A stretch of DNA of 54,217 nt. Origin: a virus. Its lineage: Duplodnaviria > Caudoviricetes. Below the pieces are notes generated by a model that was not told the origin of the DNA, did no database searches, and saw nothing but the letters and a program-made list of their open reading frames with translations. The translations under genes and the position numbers were made by a program. The first letter of the stretch is position 1. Every line of letters begins with the position of its first letter. The stretch is taken from positions 1 to 54,217 of the IMG/VR virus record IMGVR_UViG_3300031965_000040. One strand, written 5' to 3'. This document shows positions 17,882 through 27,446 of the stretch, piece after piece.

Positions 17882-18143
17882 GAAGGCGGCAGCCGATCCG
17901 ACAGCACGGCCGTTATACACGAAGGCCGATGTTCTGGCGCTGCGTTCTCTACGCGCTGGAAAAGCGAATGAGGGGCAGCAGAAAGAGGCGCTCGATTACA
18001 TCATTCGGGTGCTGTGCGGGACCTATGATTTCCCGTACCGGCCGGATTCCAGGTTGACGGACATTGCGCTTGGCCGGATGAGAGTCGGCCAGGACATCAT
18101 TCATTTGTCGCAGTACGCGAGGACAGACGAGGAGGATTCATGA
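17859..18143 (+). CDS. Bbp19-like small head-region protein
   Basis: ANEGQQKEALDYII..CGTYD.PYRP...T..ALGR..VG; lies between portal and scaffold; start uncertain. Confidence 0.65.
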   Translation: MLKKRRVEKAAADPTARPLYTKADVLALRSLRAGKANEGQQKEALDYIIRVLCGTYDFPYRPDSRLTDIALGRMRVGQDIIHLSQYARTDEEDS

Positions 18144-19093
18144 TTCCGTTTGAAAAGCACCGTTACCACGATGAAAACGATGGCGAGGGTGGAGGAGACG
18201 GTGGCGCTGGTGGAGATGGCGGCGATGGGAAGGGCGACGTTGCGCTGTCCGAGGATCAGCTTAAGTTCGTCCAGTCTCACGGGTTCACCGAGGACTGGCG
18301 GACGCACTTGGCCGGTGACGACGAGAAGCTGCAGAAGCGGCTCGAGCGTTTTGCGGAGCCGAAAGCCATTGTCAACTGGGGGCTTTCGGCCGAGCAGAAG
18401 TTCAAGGAGCTGAGCGAGCAGAAGTCCGGTCCGTTGGCCCGGCCGGCAGACTTGGACGAGGACGCCACGAAAGCCTGGCTCAAGGAGAACAACCTTCCGG
18501 AGACGGCTGAAGCCTATCTCGAGAATCTTCCCGAGGGGCTGGTGATCGGCGAGGACGACAAGGATATCGTGCTCACGTTCGCCAAGAGGATGCACGATCT
18601 GAACGCGCATCCGTCGACGGTCCATGCAGCCATTGGCTGGTACAACGATTACAAGCAAGCCGAGATCGACAATCTGGCCGAGAACGATGAGAGGGCGTCG
18701 ACGGCGACCGAGGAAGCGCTCCGAGCTGAGTGGGGTAAGGACTACAAGCCGAACGTCAAACGCGTTCAGGCTTTGCTGGATGCGCGCTTCGACGAGGAAG
18801 ATGTCGAGGTCATCATGAGCGCCAGGGGTTCAGACGGCACGGCTATTCTGAATCGGCCGTCGGTGATGCAGGCGCTGATGTCTCTCGCTCGAGAGGTCAA
18901 TGACTCGCCCACGCTCCCGGTCGGTGGTAGCGACATGAAGTCGATGGAGGATCGTATCAACGAGCTCAAGGGGCTCATGGGCAACAAGAACAGCGAATAC
19001 TGGAAGGGCGCTAAGGCTGATGGTCTGCAGAATGAGTACCGGCAGCTCATCGAGCAGCGGGACAAGGTCAAGGCTCGGAACAAGGCAGCGTGA
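18140..19093 (+). CDS. Capsid scaffolding protein
   Basis: Acidic helical protein with Gly-rich N-terminus, DWR..LAG, LRAEWG.DY..N, YWKG; upstream of capsid gene. Confidence 0.8.
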   Translation: MIPFEKHRYHDENDGEGGGDGGAGGDGGDGKGDVALSEDQLKFVQSHGFTEDWRTHLAGDDEKLQKRLERFAEPKAIVNWGLSAEQKFKELSEQKSGPLARPADLDEDATKAWLKENNLPETAEAYLENLPEGLVIGEDDKDIVLTFAKRMHDLNAHPSTVHAAIGWYNDYKQAEIDNLAENDERASTATEEALRAEWGKDYKPNVKRVQALLDARFDEEDVEVIMSARGSDGTAILNRPSVMQALMSLAREVNDSPTLPVGGSDMKSMEDRINELKGLMGNKNSEYWKGAKADGLQNEYRQLIEQRDKVKARNKAA

Positions 19094-19230
19094 TGGCCAA
19101 GACAATCCTGAGTCGGCCGCGCCCGGGCCGACGTCGCAAGGCGCCAAAGGGCAAGTCTCCCGGGAAGCAGAAGAAGCCTCCCGCGGATACGCCGGTGTCG
19201 CGTGCCAAGCGGAACGATCAGTATGGGTAG
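19093..19230 (+). CDS. 45-aa highly basic microprotein (below the ORF track cutoff)
   Basis: TGATG coupling to scaffold; MAKTILSRPRPGRRRKAPKGKSPGKQKKPPADTPVSRAKRNDQYG. Confidence 0.55.
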   Translation: MAKTILSRPRPGRRRKAPKGKSPGKQKKPPADTPVSRAKRNDQYG

Positions 19231-19234
19231 ATGA

Positions 19235-19424
19235 TTGACACTGATCGGCTTTTCAGTTATCTATGATTCCAGTCCGACAACCCGAAAGGCCCGGACACAA
19301 CAGCATCCGAAAGCTGGCCCTGCGAGGGGATTGAAGGCTCGGCGCAACGCCGACAACCCTGAGATCTCTGAAGCGGACAACCCAAGCGGAAGGTCGTTAC
19401 AACCTTTGTTTGGGAGTCTGCGAA
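19235..19424 (+). promoter_or_regulatory. Structured capsid-gene leader with 3 GACAACCC repeats
   Basis: TTGACA at 19235; GACAACCC at 19276, 19352, 19376; hairpins with GAAA/GCGA loops. Confidence 0.55.
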
Positions 19425-20276
19425 ATGGCAGAGTCAGCAGCAGTAGTCCAATATCGTGACGAGCTGGTAGCTGAGTTCGAGCAGCAGCAGTCCCTGGTCC
19501 GGCAATCGACGACCACCGAGGCGACGATCAAGGGCAACCAGGCGACATTCAATGTTGCGGGTTCGAACGGCGCGACCGCGGTCACGCGAGGAATCAACGG
19601 CAAGATTCCGGGACGCGGAGACAACAACACTCAGACAGCGGTGACGCTCGTCGAGTGGCACGACCTCGTCGAAAAGACCGGGTTCAACATCTTCCAGAGT
19701 CAGGGCGATCAGCGTTCGCTGATGCAGCGCACGACTCGGGCGGTCATGAACCGGAAGATCGACGACGACATCGTCACCGAGCTGAATACGGGCACGGTGA
19801 ACACGGGTGCCGCGGTCACGGGGTCCGTCTCTTTGGTCATGAAGGCCAAGACGATCTTGGGCAATGCGAGCGTGCCGTGGGATTCGAACCTGTACGCGCT
19901 CATCACGCCTGCGATGGAAGCCTATTTGATGCAGACCACGGAGTTTGCGTCGAGGGAGTACATCAACCGCGGTCCGTTCGAGAATGCGGATCCGGCGTGG
20001 CGGGACCAGCCTTTGATGTACATCTGGCTGGGTGTGTCGTGGTGCGTGCATCCGAATCTGCCGGGGGCGGGTGGAGCAGCCGAGAAGTGCTTCATGTACC
20101 ACAAGTCGGCGATCGGGCACGCCTACAACTCATCCGACATGGATGTGGACATGGGTTACGACGGTCGGCAGCAGATCTCGTGGGCTCGGTGCTCGCTTTT
20201 CATGGGCACGCAGATCCTGCAGAACTCCGGCGTCGTAGTGATCAACCATGACGGCAGCGCGCTCGCGGCGGCATAA
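19425..20276 (+). CDS. Major capsid protein
   Basis: QY..E....FEQQQS.VR, AVTRGING.IP, MNRKIDDDI, W.GV.W..HPNLP, HKSAIGHA; follows scaffold. Confidence 0.88.
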   Translation: MAESAAVVQYRDELVAEFEQQQSLVRQSTTTEATIKGNQATFNVAGSNGATAVTRGINGKIPGRGDNNTQTAVTLVEWHDLVEKTGFNIFQSQGDQRSLMQRTTRAVMNRKIDDDIVTELNTGTVNTGAAVTGSVSLVMKAKTILGNASVPWDSNLYALITPAMEAYLMQTTEFASREYINRGPFENADPAWRDQPLMYIWLGVSWCVHPNLPGAGGAAEKCFMYHKSAIGHAYNSSDMDVDMGYDGRQQISWARCSLFMGTQILQNSGVVVINHDGSALAAA

Positions 20277-20290
20277 GGGAGGTAAATGAA

Positions 20291-20554
20291 ATGGCATACG
20301 CGACAAGCAATCCTCCGATCTGCATTCTTCCGCGCGTGGGTAGCGGCGGCAGTGCGATCTGGGTCTACAACGATGCCGACCCGCATACCGATGTGGATGC
20401 GGACGACTACTTCACCGATGGGGATTCCCTCGGCATGAAGGAGAACGACATCGTGTTCGTCATCGACAACGACACGTTTACTTGCACGTTGCACTATGTG
20501 CGGGTTCAGGTGACGGCGCCTGCTGCGTCGGTCAACATCGCGACACTATCGTAG
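20291..20554 (+). CDS. Small capsid decoration/cement-like protein
   Basis: MAYATSNPP..W.Y...D...V....YFTDG..LGM...D; strong GGAGG SD directly after the capsid gene. Confidence 0.65.
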   Translation: MAYATSNPPICILPRVGSGGSAIWVYNDADPHTDVDADDYFTDGDSLGMKENDIVFVIDNDTFTCTLHYVRVQVTAPAASVNIATLS

Positions 20555-20576
20555 TCGGGGTTACAACAACCATTTT

Positions 20577-20602
20577 GGGCGGGCCTAGTGCCCGCCTTTT
20601 TT
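20577..20602 (+). terminator. Intrinsic terminator after capsid genes
   Basis: GGCGGGC-CTAGT-GCCCGCC followed by TTTTTT. Confidence 0.85.
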
Positions 20603-20622
20603 ATGAGCTAAAGGAGCGATTA

Positions 20623-21144
20623 ATGGCGAGTCCAAAGCAAGTTGAAGAAGGCGCGAAAGTTCCGGAGGGCATTCAGGGACAGGCAGAGGCGATCAAAGAG
20701 GCGCGGCAGAAGCGGCGTTTGCAGGCGCACCGATTCGCGATCAATCAGGGCACGCAGTTCCACAACGTGTTCCGTGCTGTTCCGGAGGACGGGACGATTC
20801 TCGACGACATGCTGGATGCGGATTACTGGCAGCATGTGGCGCAACTCATGCGGCCGTGGGACCGGGTTCAGGTCGAGGCCGAGAATGGATCCTTTTATGC
20901 CGAGCTGATCGTTCAGACGGCTGATCGGCTCACGGCCAATGTCCGCCCTATCGCGTATGCCGATCTGAGTGTGGGCGCTCCGAGCGACGGCGATATCCCG
21001 ACCGGGTTCCGTGTCGAGTGGGCTGGGCCTATCTCCAAGTGGCGGGTGCTGGATAGCAGAAGCAACGTCGTCAAAGAAGGGTATCAGAACAAGTCGGTTG
21101 CGATTCAGTGGATTTCCAACCATGCGAAGTCGCTGAGGCTCTGA
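20623..21144 (+). CDS. Hypothetical structural-region protein
   Basis: AAGGAG SD before ATG 20623; YWQHVA..RPWD.V.V.AENGSF motif. Confidence 0.7.
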   Translation: MASPKQVEEGAKVPEGIQGQAEAIKEARQKRRLQAHRFAINQGTQFHNVFRAVPEDGTILDDMLDADYWQHVAQLMRPWDRVQVEAENGSFYAELIVQTADRLTANVRPIAYADLSVGAPSDGDIPTGFRVEWAGPISKWRVLDSRSNVVKEGYQNKSVAIQWISNHAKSLRL

Positions 21145-21145
21145 G

Positions 21146-21721
21146 ATGAGTCGCGCTGCGATAATGATGGAGGGCGCAGGGTTTGACCTGCGTCCTAAAC
21201 CAACCGCGCATAACTTTCGCGACCTATCTGAGAAACGGTTCGGCAGACTGGTTGCAGTCGGATACGCAGGTCGGTCTGGCGTACATTCGCGGTGGGCGTG
21301 TAAGTGCGATTGCGGCAGCCGTCTCTATGTTTTGGGCACGAACCTTCTCACCGGAAACACGACAAGCTGTGGTTGCGTCCACAGTGAATCAACCGCAAAG
21401 GCAAAATACATTCATGGTCATGCGGTAGATGGCCTCACGAGCGAATACTCTACGCACCGTAGCATGATGGCCAGATGCCACGAGTCGCAATCAATTGGAT
21501 ACGAATACTACGGCGGCCGTGGGATCCACGTGTGCAATCGCTGGAGATTCGGTGAGGATAACAAGACTGGGTTTCAGTGCTTCATTGAGGACATGGGCTG
21601 CAAGCCAGCAGCGGATCTCACAATCGACAGAATAGACAACAATGGCAACTACGAGCCCGGCAACTGCCGATGGGCGACGCGGCAGCAGCAGGCGCTCAAC
21701 AAACGACCCAGGCGGAGGTAG
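21146..21721 (+). CDS. HNH-type homing endonuclease
   Basis: [53 protein letters not shown]. Confidence 0.85.
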   Translation: MSRAAIMMEGAGFDLRPKPTAHNFRDLSEKRFGRLVAVGYAGRSGVHSRWACKCDCGSRLYVLGTNLLTGNTTSCGCVHSESTAKAKYIHGHAVDGLTSEYSTHRSMMARCHESQSIGYEYYGGRGIHVCNRWRFGEDNKTGFQCFIEDMGCKPAADLTIDRIDNNGNYEPGNCRWATRQQQALNKRPRRR

Positions 21722-21727
21722 GCATAG

Positions 21728-22366
21728 GTGGCAACCACACGTTTGAAACTCTACAACGAGGCTCTCAGGAACCTCGGCGAACGGAAGATCGCGAATCTTA
21801 CCGAGAATACTGAGCGCAGGCGCAAGCTCGACGAGGTATGGGACGCAGAAGCCCTCGATACCGTTCTCCAGATGGGGCAGTGGAACTTTGCGGCCAGATC
21901 GATTGCTCTCGAGTTCGAGCCGTCGATCACGCCCGAGATCGGCTACACCTATGCCTTCGAGAAGCCGTCGGACTTCATCCGGCTCATGGGGTTGTGCCAG
22001 GACGAGTATTTTCGCATACCGTTGAATGAGTACGTGACCGACGGCGGGCATTGGTATGCGGATTTGCAGACCCTGTATGTCAGGTTTGTGTCGAACGACG
22101 TTCAGTATGGGGGAGATTACTCGTTGTGGCCGCCTAACTTCACTCGGTTTGCGGGAGCGTGGTTAGCGCATGAGGTCTGTCCAGGGCTGACCCACGACGA
22201 CAGCAAGACGCTCGAGATGGAGAAGAAGATGAAGCGTCGTCTCACGGAGGCCAAGGCTGTCGACTCGATGGAGCAGCCGACGAAGTTCAACGGGCCTTCG
22301 TCATGGGTTTTGTCTCGTCGCGGCAAACGAGCTCGGCAATCTGAGAGCGGGACCACCCTCGACTGA
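21728..22366 (+). CDS. Tail tubular protein A / adaptor (T7 gp11-like)
   Basis: N.AL..LGE..I, WNFA, YAF.KPSD..RL motifs; position. Confidence 0.82.
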   Translation: MATTRLKLYNEALRNLGERKIANLTENTERRRKLDEVWDAEALDTVLQMGQWNFAARSIALEFEPSITPEIGYTYAFEKPSDFIRLMGLCQDEYFRIPLNEYVTDGGHWYADLQTLYVRFVSNDVQYGGDYSLWPPNFTRFAGAWLAHEVCPGLTHDDSKTLEMEKKMKRRLTEAKAVDSMEQPTKFNGPSSWVLSRRGKRARQSESGTTLD

Positions 22367-25029
22367 TGGCCAAAACCGTAGCGCCGGTTAGCCTGGCATT
22401 TAACCGTGGGATAGTTTCCGATCTCGCTCTCGCCAGGATAGATATCGAGCGGATCCGCAGTGCCGCGGAGACTATGACGAACTGGATGCCGCGGGTGCTG
22501 GGTCCGATGATGCTTCGACCTGGACAGAAGCACCTTGGGTCGACGGCAAGCAATGCTTTCGCCAGGTGTATAGAGTTCGTGTTCGGCGTCGACGACTACG
22601 CTCGGTTGGAGTTGACGGACAATCTTCTGCGTGTATGGGTCGAGGATGCTCTCGTCACGCGGGAGACAGTATCCGCCTCGGTGACGAACGGCAATTTTAC
22701 GTCAGATGTTGCGAGCTGGACGGATGCCGATGAGTCTGGCGCTACGTCGCAATGGCTGACGGGCGGGTATCTGGCGCTGCTGGGAGATGGGACGAACTCA
22801 GCTATTCGCCAGCAGGAAGTCACTGTTACCGAGACCGGGACGGAGCACGCGCTTCGGATTGTCGTAGAGCGCGGTCCGATACGATTTAGGATCGGTTCTT
22901 CTGCAGGGGGTGAGGACTTTCTCGCAGAGACGTCGCTCGGGACCGGGGAGCATTCACTGGCGTTCACGCCTACCGGGAATTTCCACATCCAGGTCTCGAG
23001 CCAGCGCAGTTACACGGTGCTCGTCGACTCGATCAATGTCGAAGCGGCGGGGGTCATGACGCTCCCGACACCGTGGGATACAGACGACATTGAGAACGTG
23101 CGTCATTCCCAATCGGGGGATGTGGTCTATCTCGCGGACGGGGCGAATCAGCAGAGAAAGATTGAGCGTCGGTCCGTTACCTCGTGGTCGCTGGTTTTGT
23201 ACGAGCCTGAGACTGGACCGTTCAGGACGATCAACACGTCCAATGTGACGATCGCGACCGATGCGCTCGATGGCGACGTGACGCTGACGGCATCAAAGTC
23301 CATTTTCAAGACGAACCATGTCGGGGCGCTGTTTCGAGTCGCCTCTATCGGGCAGACCGTCAACACGGCGGTTAGTGCCGAGAACACTTTCAGCGATCCG
23401 ATTCGAGTCACTGGGGTAGGCCAAGGCAGAAGATTCAGCATCCTGATCTCGGGCACGTTCACTGCGACGGTGACGGTTCAGTATTCGATCGGTGCGCCTG
23501 GGACGTGGGTCGATCTCGCGACGACCTATACGGCCCCGACGAGCACGAGCCACCTGGATAATCAGGACAACCAGATTATCTACTATCGGATCGGGGTGAA
23601 GACGGGCGAGTTCACGGATGGAACGGCGAATGTCACGCTCTCATTCTCTGCCGGCAGCATTTCAGGGGTCGCTCGGATTACCGAGTACACCAGCGGGACC
23701 GAGGTCGAGGCCGTGGTTCTCAAGGCATTTGGCGCCGGGACAGCGAGTTCTGACTGGTGGGAAGGTCAGTGGTCGGACTATCGTGGCTGGCCGTCGGCCG
23801 TGTCGTTGTTCGAGGGCAGGAACTGGCAGGCCGGGAAAGATGTCCTGAATGGTTCGATTGCCGATGCGTACGAGGACTTCGACGATGAGTTCGAAGGCGA
23901 TGCCGGTCCGATCTCGAGAAGTATCGGTGAAGGGCCTATCGATACCATTCATTGGCTGTTGTCTCTCGGACGGTTGCTGGTCGGTACTGCTATCAACTCA
24001 GCTCGAATAGCGGCCAAGAAGATCGACGGCAACAACATTCTGGCCGCTCGATCCTCGAGCTTTGACGAGCCTCTGACACCGTCGAACTTCGCGCTCAAGA
24101 ACACGTCGGCTCGAGGGGTGTTTGTCGATCGCAGCCTTCAACGGTTGTACGAGCTCAAGTATTCGATTCAGACGAACGACTACGAGCCCGAGGATCTGTC
24201 GTTGGTGTGTCCGGATCTCAACGAGATTGGGATAGTTGGCATAGCAGTTCAGATGAAACCCGATGTCCGGGTGCATTGCTGGCGGACGGATGGGACGGTA
24301 GCAATTCTGATATTCGATAGGGCTGAGAATGTCATTGCGTGGGTCGAGTACGAAACCGATGGCGAGGTCGAGGATGTCACTGTTCTGCCGGGAACAGTGG
24401 AGGATGCGGTTTACTACATCGTCAAGCGGACCATAGACGGGAACACGGTTCGGTATCACGAGAGATGGGCGCTCGAGTCCGAGTGTCAGGGCGGGGCGGT
24501 CAACAAGCAGGCCGATTCTTTCGTCGAGTATTCGGGTGCGGCAACGACGACAATCACCGATCTTGGACACCTTGAGGGCGAGACCGTCGTGGCCTGGGGT
24601 GGCGGTAAGGATCTCGGAACCTATGTGGTAAATGGCGGAAGTATTTCGGGGCTTCCCGAGGCCGTGACGGCGGCGATCGTGGGGCTGAGTTACCAAGGGC
24701 TTTACAAGAGCGTGAAGCCGGCTTTTGGCGAAGATTACGGGGTGCCTCTGAACCAGCGCGGTCAGATCGATCAGATCGGCTTCATTCTGAAAAATACGCA
24801 CTATCAGGCCCTGGAGTTTGGTCCTGACTTCACGACGATGGACAACCTTCCTCTCGTCGAGGACGGGGTGGAAACAGACGAGGACGAGATTTGGAGTCAT
24901 TACGACAAGGACATGATCCCGTTCCCTGGGAATTACTCAACGGATCCGAGGGTGTGCTTACGGGCAACCGCGCCGAGACCGGTGACGGTGCTGTCGTGCA
25001 TTGCGAGGATCGACCGCTCCAACAAGTAG
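22366..25029 (+). CDS. Tail tubular protein B / nozzle (T7 gp12-like)
   Basis: FNRGIVS...AR.D, G....RPG, QSGDV, GWPSAV..FEGR, HLEGETV motifs; 887 aa. Confidence 0.85.
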   Translation: MAKTVAPVSLAFNRGIVSDLALARIDIERIRSAAETMTNWMPRVLGPMMLRPGQKHLGSTASNAFARCIEFVFGVDDYARLELTDNLLRVWVEDALVTRETVSASVTNGNFTSDVASWTDADESGATSQWLTGGYLALLGDGTNSAIRQQEVTVTETGTEHALRIVVERGPIRFRIGSSAGGEDFLAETSLGTGEHSLAFTPTGNFHIQVSSQRSYTVLVDSINVEAAGVMTLPTPWDTDDIENVRHSQSGDVVYLADGANQQRKIERRSVTSWSLVLYEPETGPFRTINTSNVTIATDALDGDVTLTASKSIFKTNHVGALFRVASIGQTVNTAVSAENTFSDPIRVTGVGQGRRFSILISGTFTATVTVQYSIGAPGTWVDLATTYTAPTSTSHLDNQDNQIIYYRIGVKTGEFTDGTANVTLSFSAGSISGVARITEYTSGTEVEAVVLKAFGAGTASSDWWEGQWSDYRGWPSAVSLFEGRNWQAGKDVLNGSIADAYEDFDDEFEGDAGPISRSIGEGPIDTIHWLLSLGRLLVGTAINSARIAAKKIDGNNILAARSSSFDEPLTPSNFALKNTSARGVFVDRSLQRLYELKYSIQTNDYEPEDLSLVCPDLNEIGIVGIAVQMKPDVRVHCWRTDGTVAILIFDRAENVIAWVEYETDGEVEDVTVLPGTVEDAVYYIVKRTIDGNTVRYHERWALESECQGGAVNKQADSFVEYSGAATTTITDLGHLEGETVVAWGGGKDLGTYVVNGGSISGLPEAVTAAIVGLSYQGLYKSVKPAFGEDYGVPLNQRGQIDQIGFILKNTHYQALEFGPDFTTMDNLPLVEDGVETDEDEIWSHYDKDMIPFPGNYSTDPRVCLRATAPRPVTVLSCIARIDRSNK

Positions 25030-25352
25030 CGTGGCGGCTGGCGCGTCCTTCGGATCTCGAGCTTTTCTACGGCCACAGGCTGAAAGAAACCGTGCAAGCA
25101 ACGGTTGCCACGGTTGACGGCTATCCGATGGGGATCGCGGGTGTCATTCAGACAAGGACGTTCAGAAAGTTTTTCACCGAATATCGGGAAGGGCTTAGAC
25201 CGTTTATGAGCAGCATCACTGTATGGAAAGGGTTGGTTCGAGCGCTCGAGTTTGCGCGCACACCGACCTATGCAGTTGAGTCTGAGGACGGGGGCAGGTT
25301 TTTGAAGCGCTTGGGATTCGTTCATTTAGGCGGGGATCTATGGCTGCGCTAG
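24996..25352 (+). CDS. T7 gp13-like / GNAT-fold virion assembly protein
   Basis: RLARPSDL..., GIAGV, RFLKRLGF; position after the nozzle; start codon uncertain. Confidence 0.6.
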   Translation: MHCEDRPLQQVAWRLARPSDLELFYGHRLKETVQATVATVDGYPMGIAGVIQTRTFRKFFTEYREGLRPFMSSITVWKGLVRALEFARTPTYAVESEDGGRFLKRLGFVHLGGDLWLR

Positions 25353-25801
25353 CGGCGGTTTCTGGAAAGGCACTCATCGCGTCGACGGTTCTTTCGGCTA
25401 TCGGCGGCATGGCGTCTGCGTCTGCTGCAAGAAAAGCCGGGAATATCGAGGCTGCCGGGCTCAGGCGAGAGGCGTCAGCGACACGAGCGTCCTCGCAGCG
25501 GGCGGCTCAGGAAGAATTGCGCCAAGCGCGGTACGCGAGATCTCGTGCTCGAGCTGTAGCTGCAGCATCAGGAGCTGGGGTACAGGACCCGACCGTGACA
25601 AAGATCATGGCCGATATCGATGCCGAGGGCGCCTACAACGCTTTATCGAGACTTTATTCGGGAGACACCGAGGCAAGGGGGATGGAAGACCTTGCTCGCG
25701 CACGCAAGAAAGAAGGCCGAGCCCGATCATTCGGTAGCCTCGTGAGCACGGCTTCGACCGTGCTTTCCGGCATAGATACCTGGAAGAGCAAGTATGGCTA
25801 G
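25340..25801 (+). CDS. Internal virion (ejection) protein, gp14-like
   Basis: Ala/Gly-rich hydrophobic N-terminus, ARAVAAASGAG motif. Confidence 0.7.
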   Translation: MAALAAVSGKALIASTVLSAIGGMASASAARKAGNIEAAGLRREASATRASSQRAAQEELRQARYARSRARAVAAASGAGVQDPTVTKIMADIDAEGAYNALSRLYSGDTEARGMEDLARARKKEGRARSFGSLVSTASTVLSGIDTWKSKYG

Positions 25802-27446
25802 GCTTCCCACGGTCGTTGATTTCGCTCGTCAGATTCCGGAATCTCGTCGACGTGTCGTTGCCGATCGCTCGGGCCAGATCATCGGGGAGTCTATATCTGC
25901 GGCCGGGGCCAATCTTGCGTCCATAGCCGAGCGTCGTTCTCAGCGGGAGGACAAGTTTGCTTATGCTCAGGCCAAGTCGTCGTTTCTTCGATCCGATATC
26001 GAGTCCAGAAAGACCCTCCAGGATGACGATGACTGGCAAGGATGGGAGCAGCGTTATCGGGAGTCGATGAGTAAAGGGCTCGAGGAGTCTTTGAAAGTTC
26101 TGACCCCGGGTGACAGGGCTCTATTCGAGGTCGATGCGAAGCTCGACATAGAGCGTGGCGCCGAAAAGATCCGCGAGCTCGCTCGAGGTCGTGAGGTCGA
26201 TCAGGCCAGCGCTGATCTCATGTCCGTCCTGGACGACAATCGAGCCGCTGCGTTGGAGGCTGACGAAGAAACACAGCGGGCGATCATAGACAACACGATC
26301 GACGTTATTGGTGCGGCCCAGGAAAGGGGGTATCTGGACGCTGCGCAAGCCGAGTCGATTCGAAGGAAGTGGACGACGGATTTTGCCGAAGGCGCTGTTT
26401 CGATGCTGTCTGCAGCGGAGCGGGTCGAAATGCTTTCGTCTCCGGACGGCACGGTGGCCGAGTACATTCAGCCGGATCGGCGTCTGACGCTGTTGAATGC
26501 CGCAAAGAGAGAGAATCGCGAGATTGTCGTTCGTGGGGAATCGCAGAGCCGTGCCGACTCATTGCTGGGAAAGCACGACAGTGAGACCGCGGCTCTGGTC
26601 GAGGCGCGACAGATCTCGGACCCCGAAGTGCGTGACGCGACCGTGACGAGGGTCAAGGCACGGTTTAGCGAACGTGCTCAGGCCGAGGACGATATGAACC
26701 GGCAAGCGTTTCAGCAAGCTTCAACGTCGGTTGAAGAATCATGGTCTATCGACGGTATCGAGCCGAATGTGTGGCGCAATGTTTTGAATACCTCCCAGCG
26801 GCAGGCATTGGAGACTCGGTCTCGTCAGCTACGGCAGGGCGAGGATCCGAACACCGATGCGGCGTTGTGGCGTGATATACGCAATCAGATCACCGAGGAC
26901 CCGCAGGGCTTCGCAGAGCGTGATCTCATGGCCGACCGGCACATGCTCTCGTTGAACGATTTTCAATGGTTCGTTGAGGCGCAGAACAAGATCAAGGCTG
27001 GCGGGGACGAAGCTAGCAAGCTGTTCTCCGGGGTCCGCACTCATACCCAGATCGTCGACGACACGCTGCGCGAGATCGGCATCGACCCGACACCGAGCCA
27101 GGGATCGAATGCGGCCAGGCAGGTCGCGGAGTTCAGTCGCCAGGTCGATGAGCGCGTGCAGGCTTTGCAACTCGAGACTGGGAGGCCGGCGACGACCCAG
27201 GACGTGCAGCAGATCGTCGACGACCTCGCTGTCAAGGGGGCGACCCGTGGCGGTGTCTTTGGGTTCTTCACTCGTGAGCGGCACCAGTTCGAGCTTGAGA
27301 CTGGCGAGACGTTCACGGTCTCGGATGTTGGCGAAGTCCCGCCGGCCGAGCGTCAAAAGATCGAATCTGCGCTCAAGCGCGCGAATCGCCCTATCAGCGA
27401 TGACGTCGTGCTGTCCCTCTACAACCAGAAGCTCGGTGTTCCGTGA
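25794..27446 (+). CDS. Internal virion (ejection) protein, gp15-like
   Basis: MARLP start, long helical protein, position. Confidence 0.7.
   Translation: MARLPTVVDFARQIPESRRRVVADRSGQIIGESISAAGANLASIAERRSQREDKFAYAQAKSSFLRSDIESRKTLQDDDDWQGWEQRYRESMSKGLEESLKVLTPGDRALFEVDAKLDIERGAEKIRELARGREVDQASADLMSVLDDNRAAALEADEETQRAIIDNTIDVIGAAQERGYLDAAQAESIRRKWTTDFAEGAVSMLSAAERVEMLSSPDGTVAEYIQPDRRLTLLNAAKRENREIVVRGESQSRADSLLGKHDSETAALVEARQISDPEVRDATVTRVKARFSERAQAEDDMNRQAFQQASTSVEESWSIDGIEPNVWRNVLNTSQRQALETRSRQLRQGEDPNTDAALWRDIRNQITEDPQGFAERDLMADRHMLSLNDFQWFVEAQNKIKAGGDEASKLFSGVRTHTQIVDDTLREIGIDPTPSQGSNAARQVAEFSRQVDERVQALQLETGRPATTQDVQQIVDDLAVKGATRGGVFGFFTRERHQFELETGETFTVSDVGEVPPAERQKIESALKRANRPISDDVVLSLYNQKLGVP

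Noticed and set aside
18170-18240. GGC/GAT-rich repeat at the scaffold 5' end
   Set aside because: Explained by a Gly/Asp low-complexity linker in the protein
19276-19383. CRISPR-like mini-array
   Set aside because: Repeats are only 8 nt with irregular spacing (76 and 24 nt) and no cas genes were recognised
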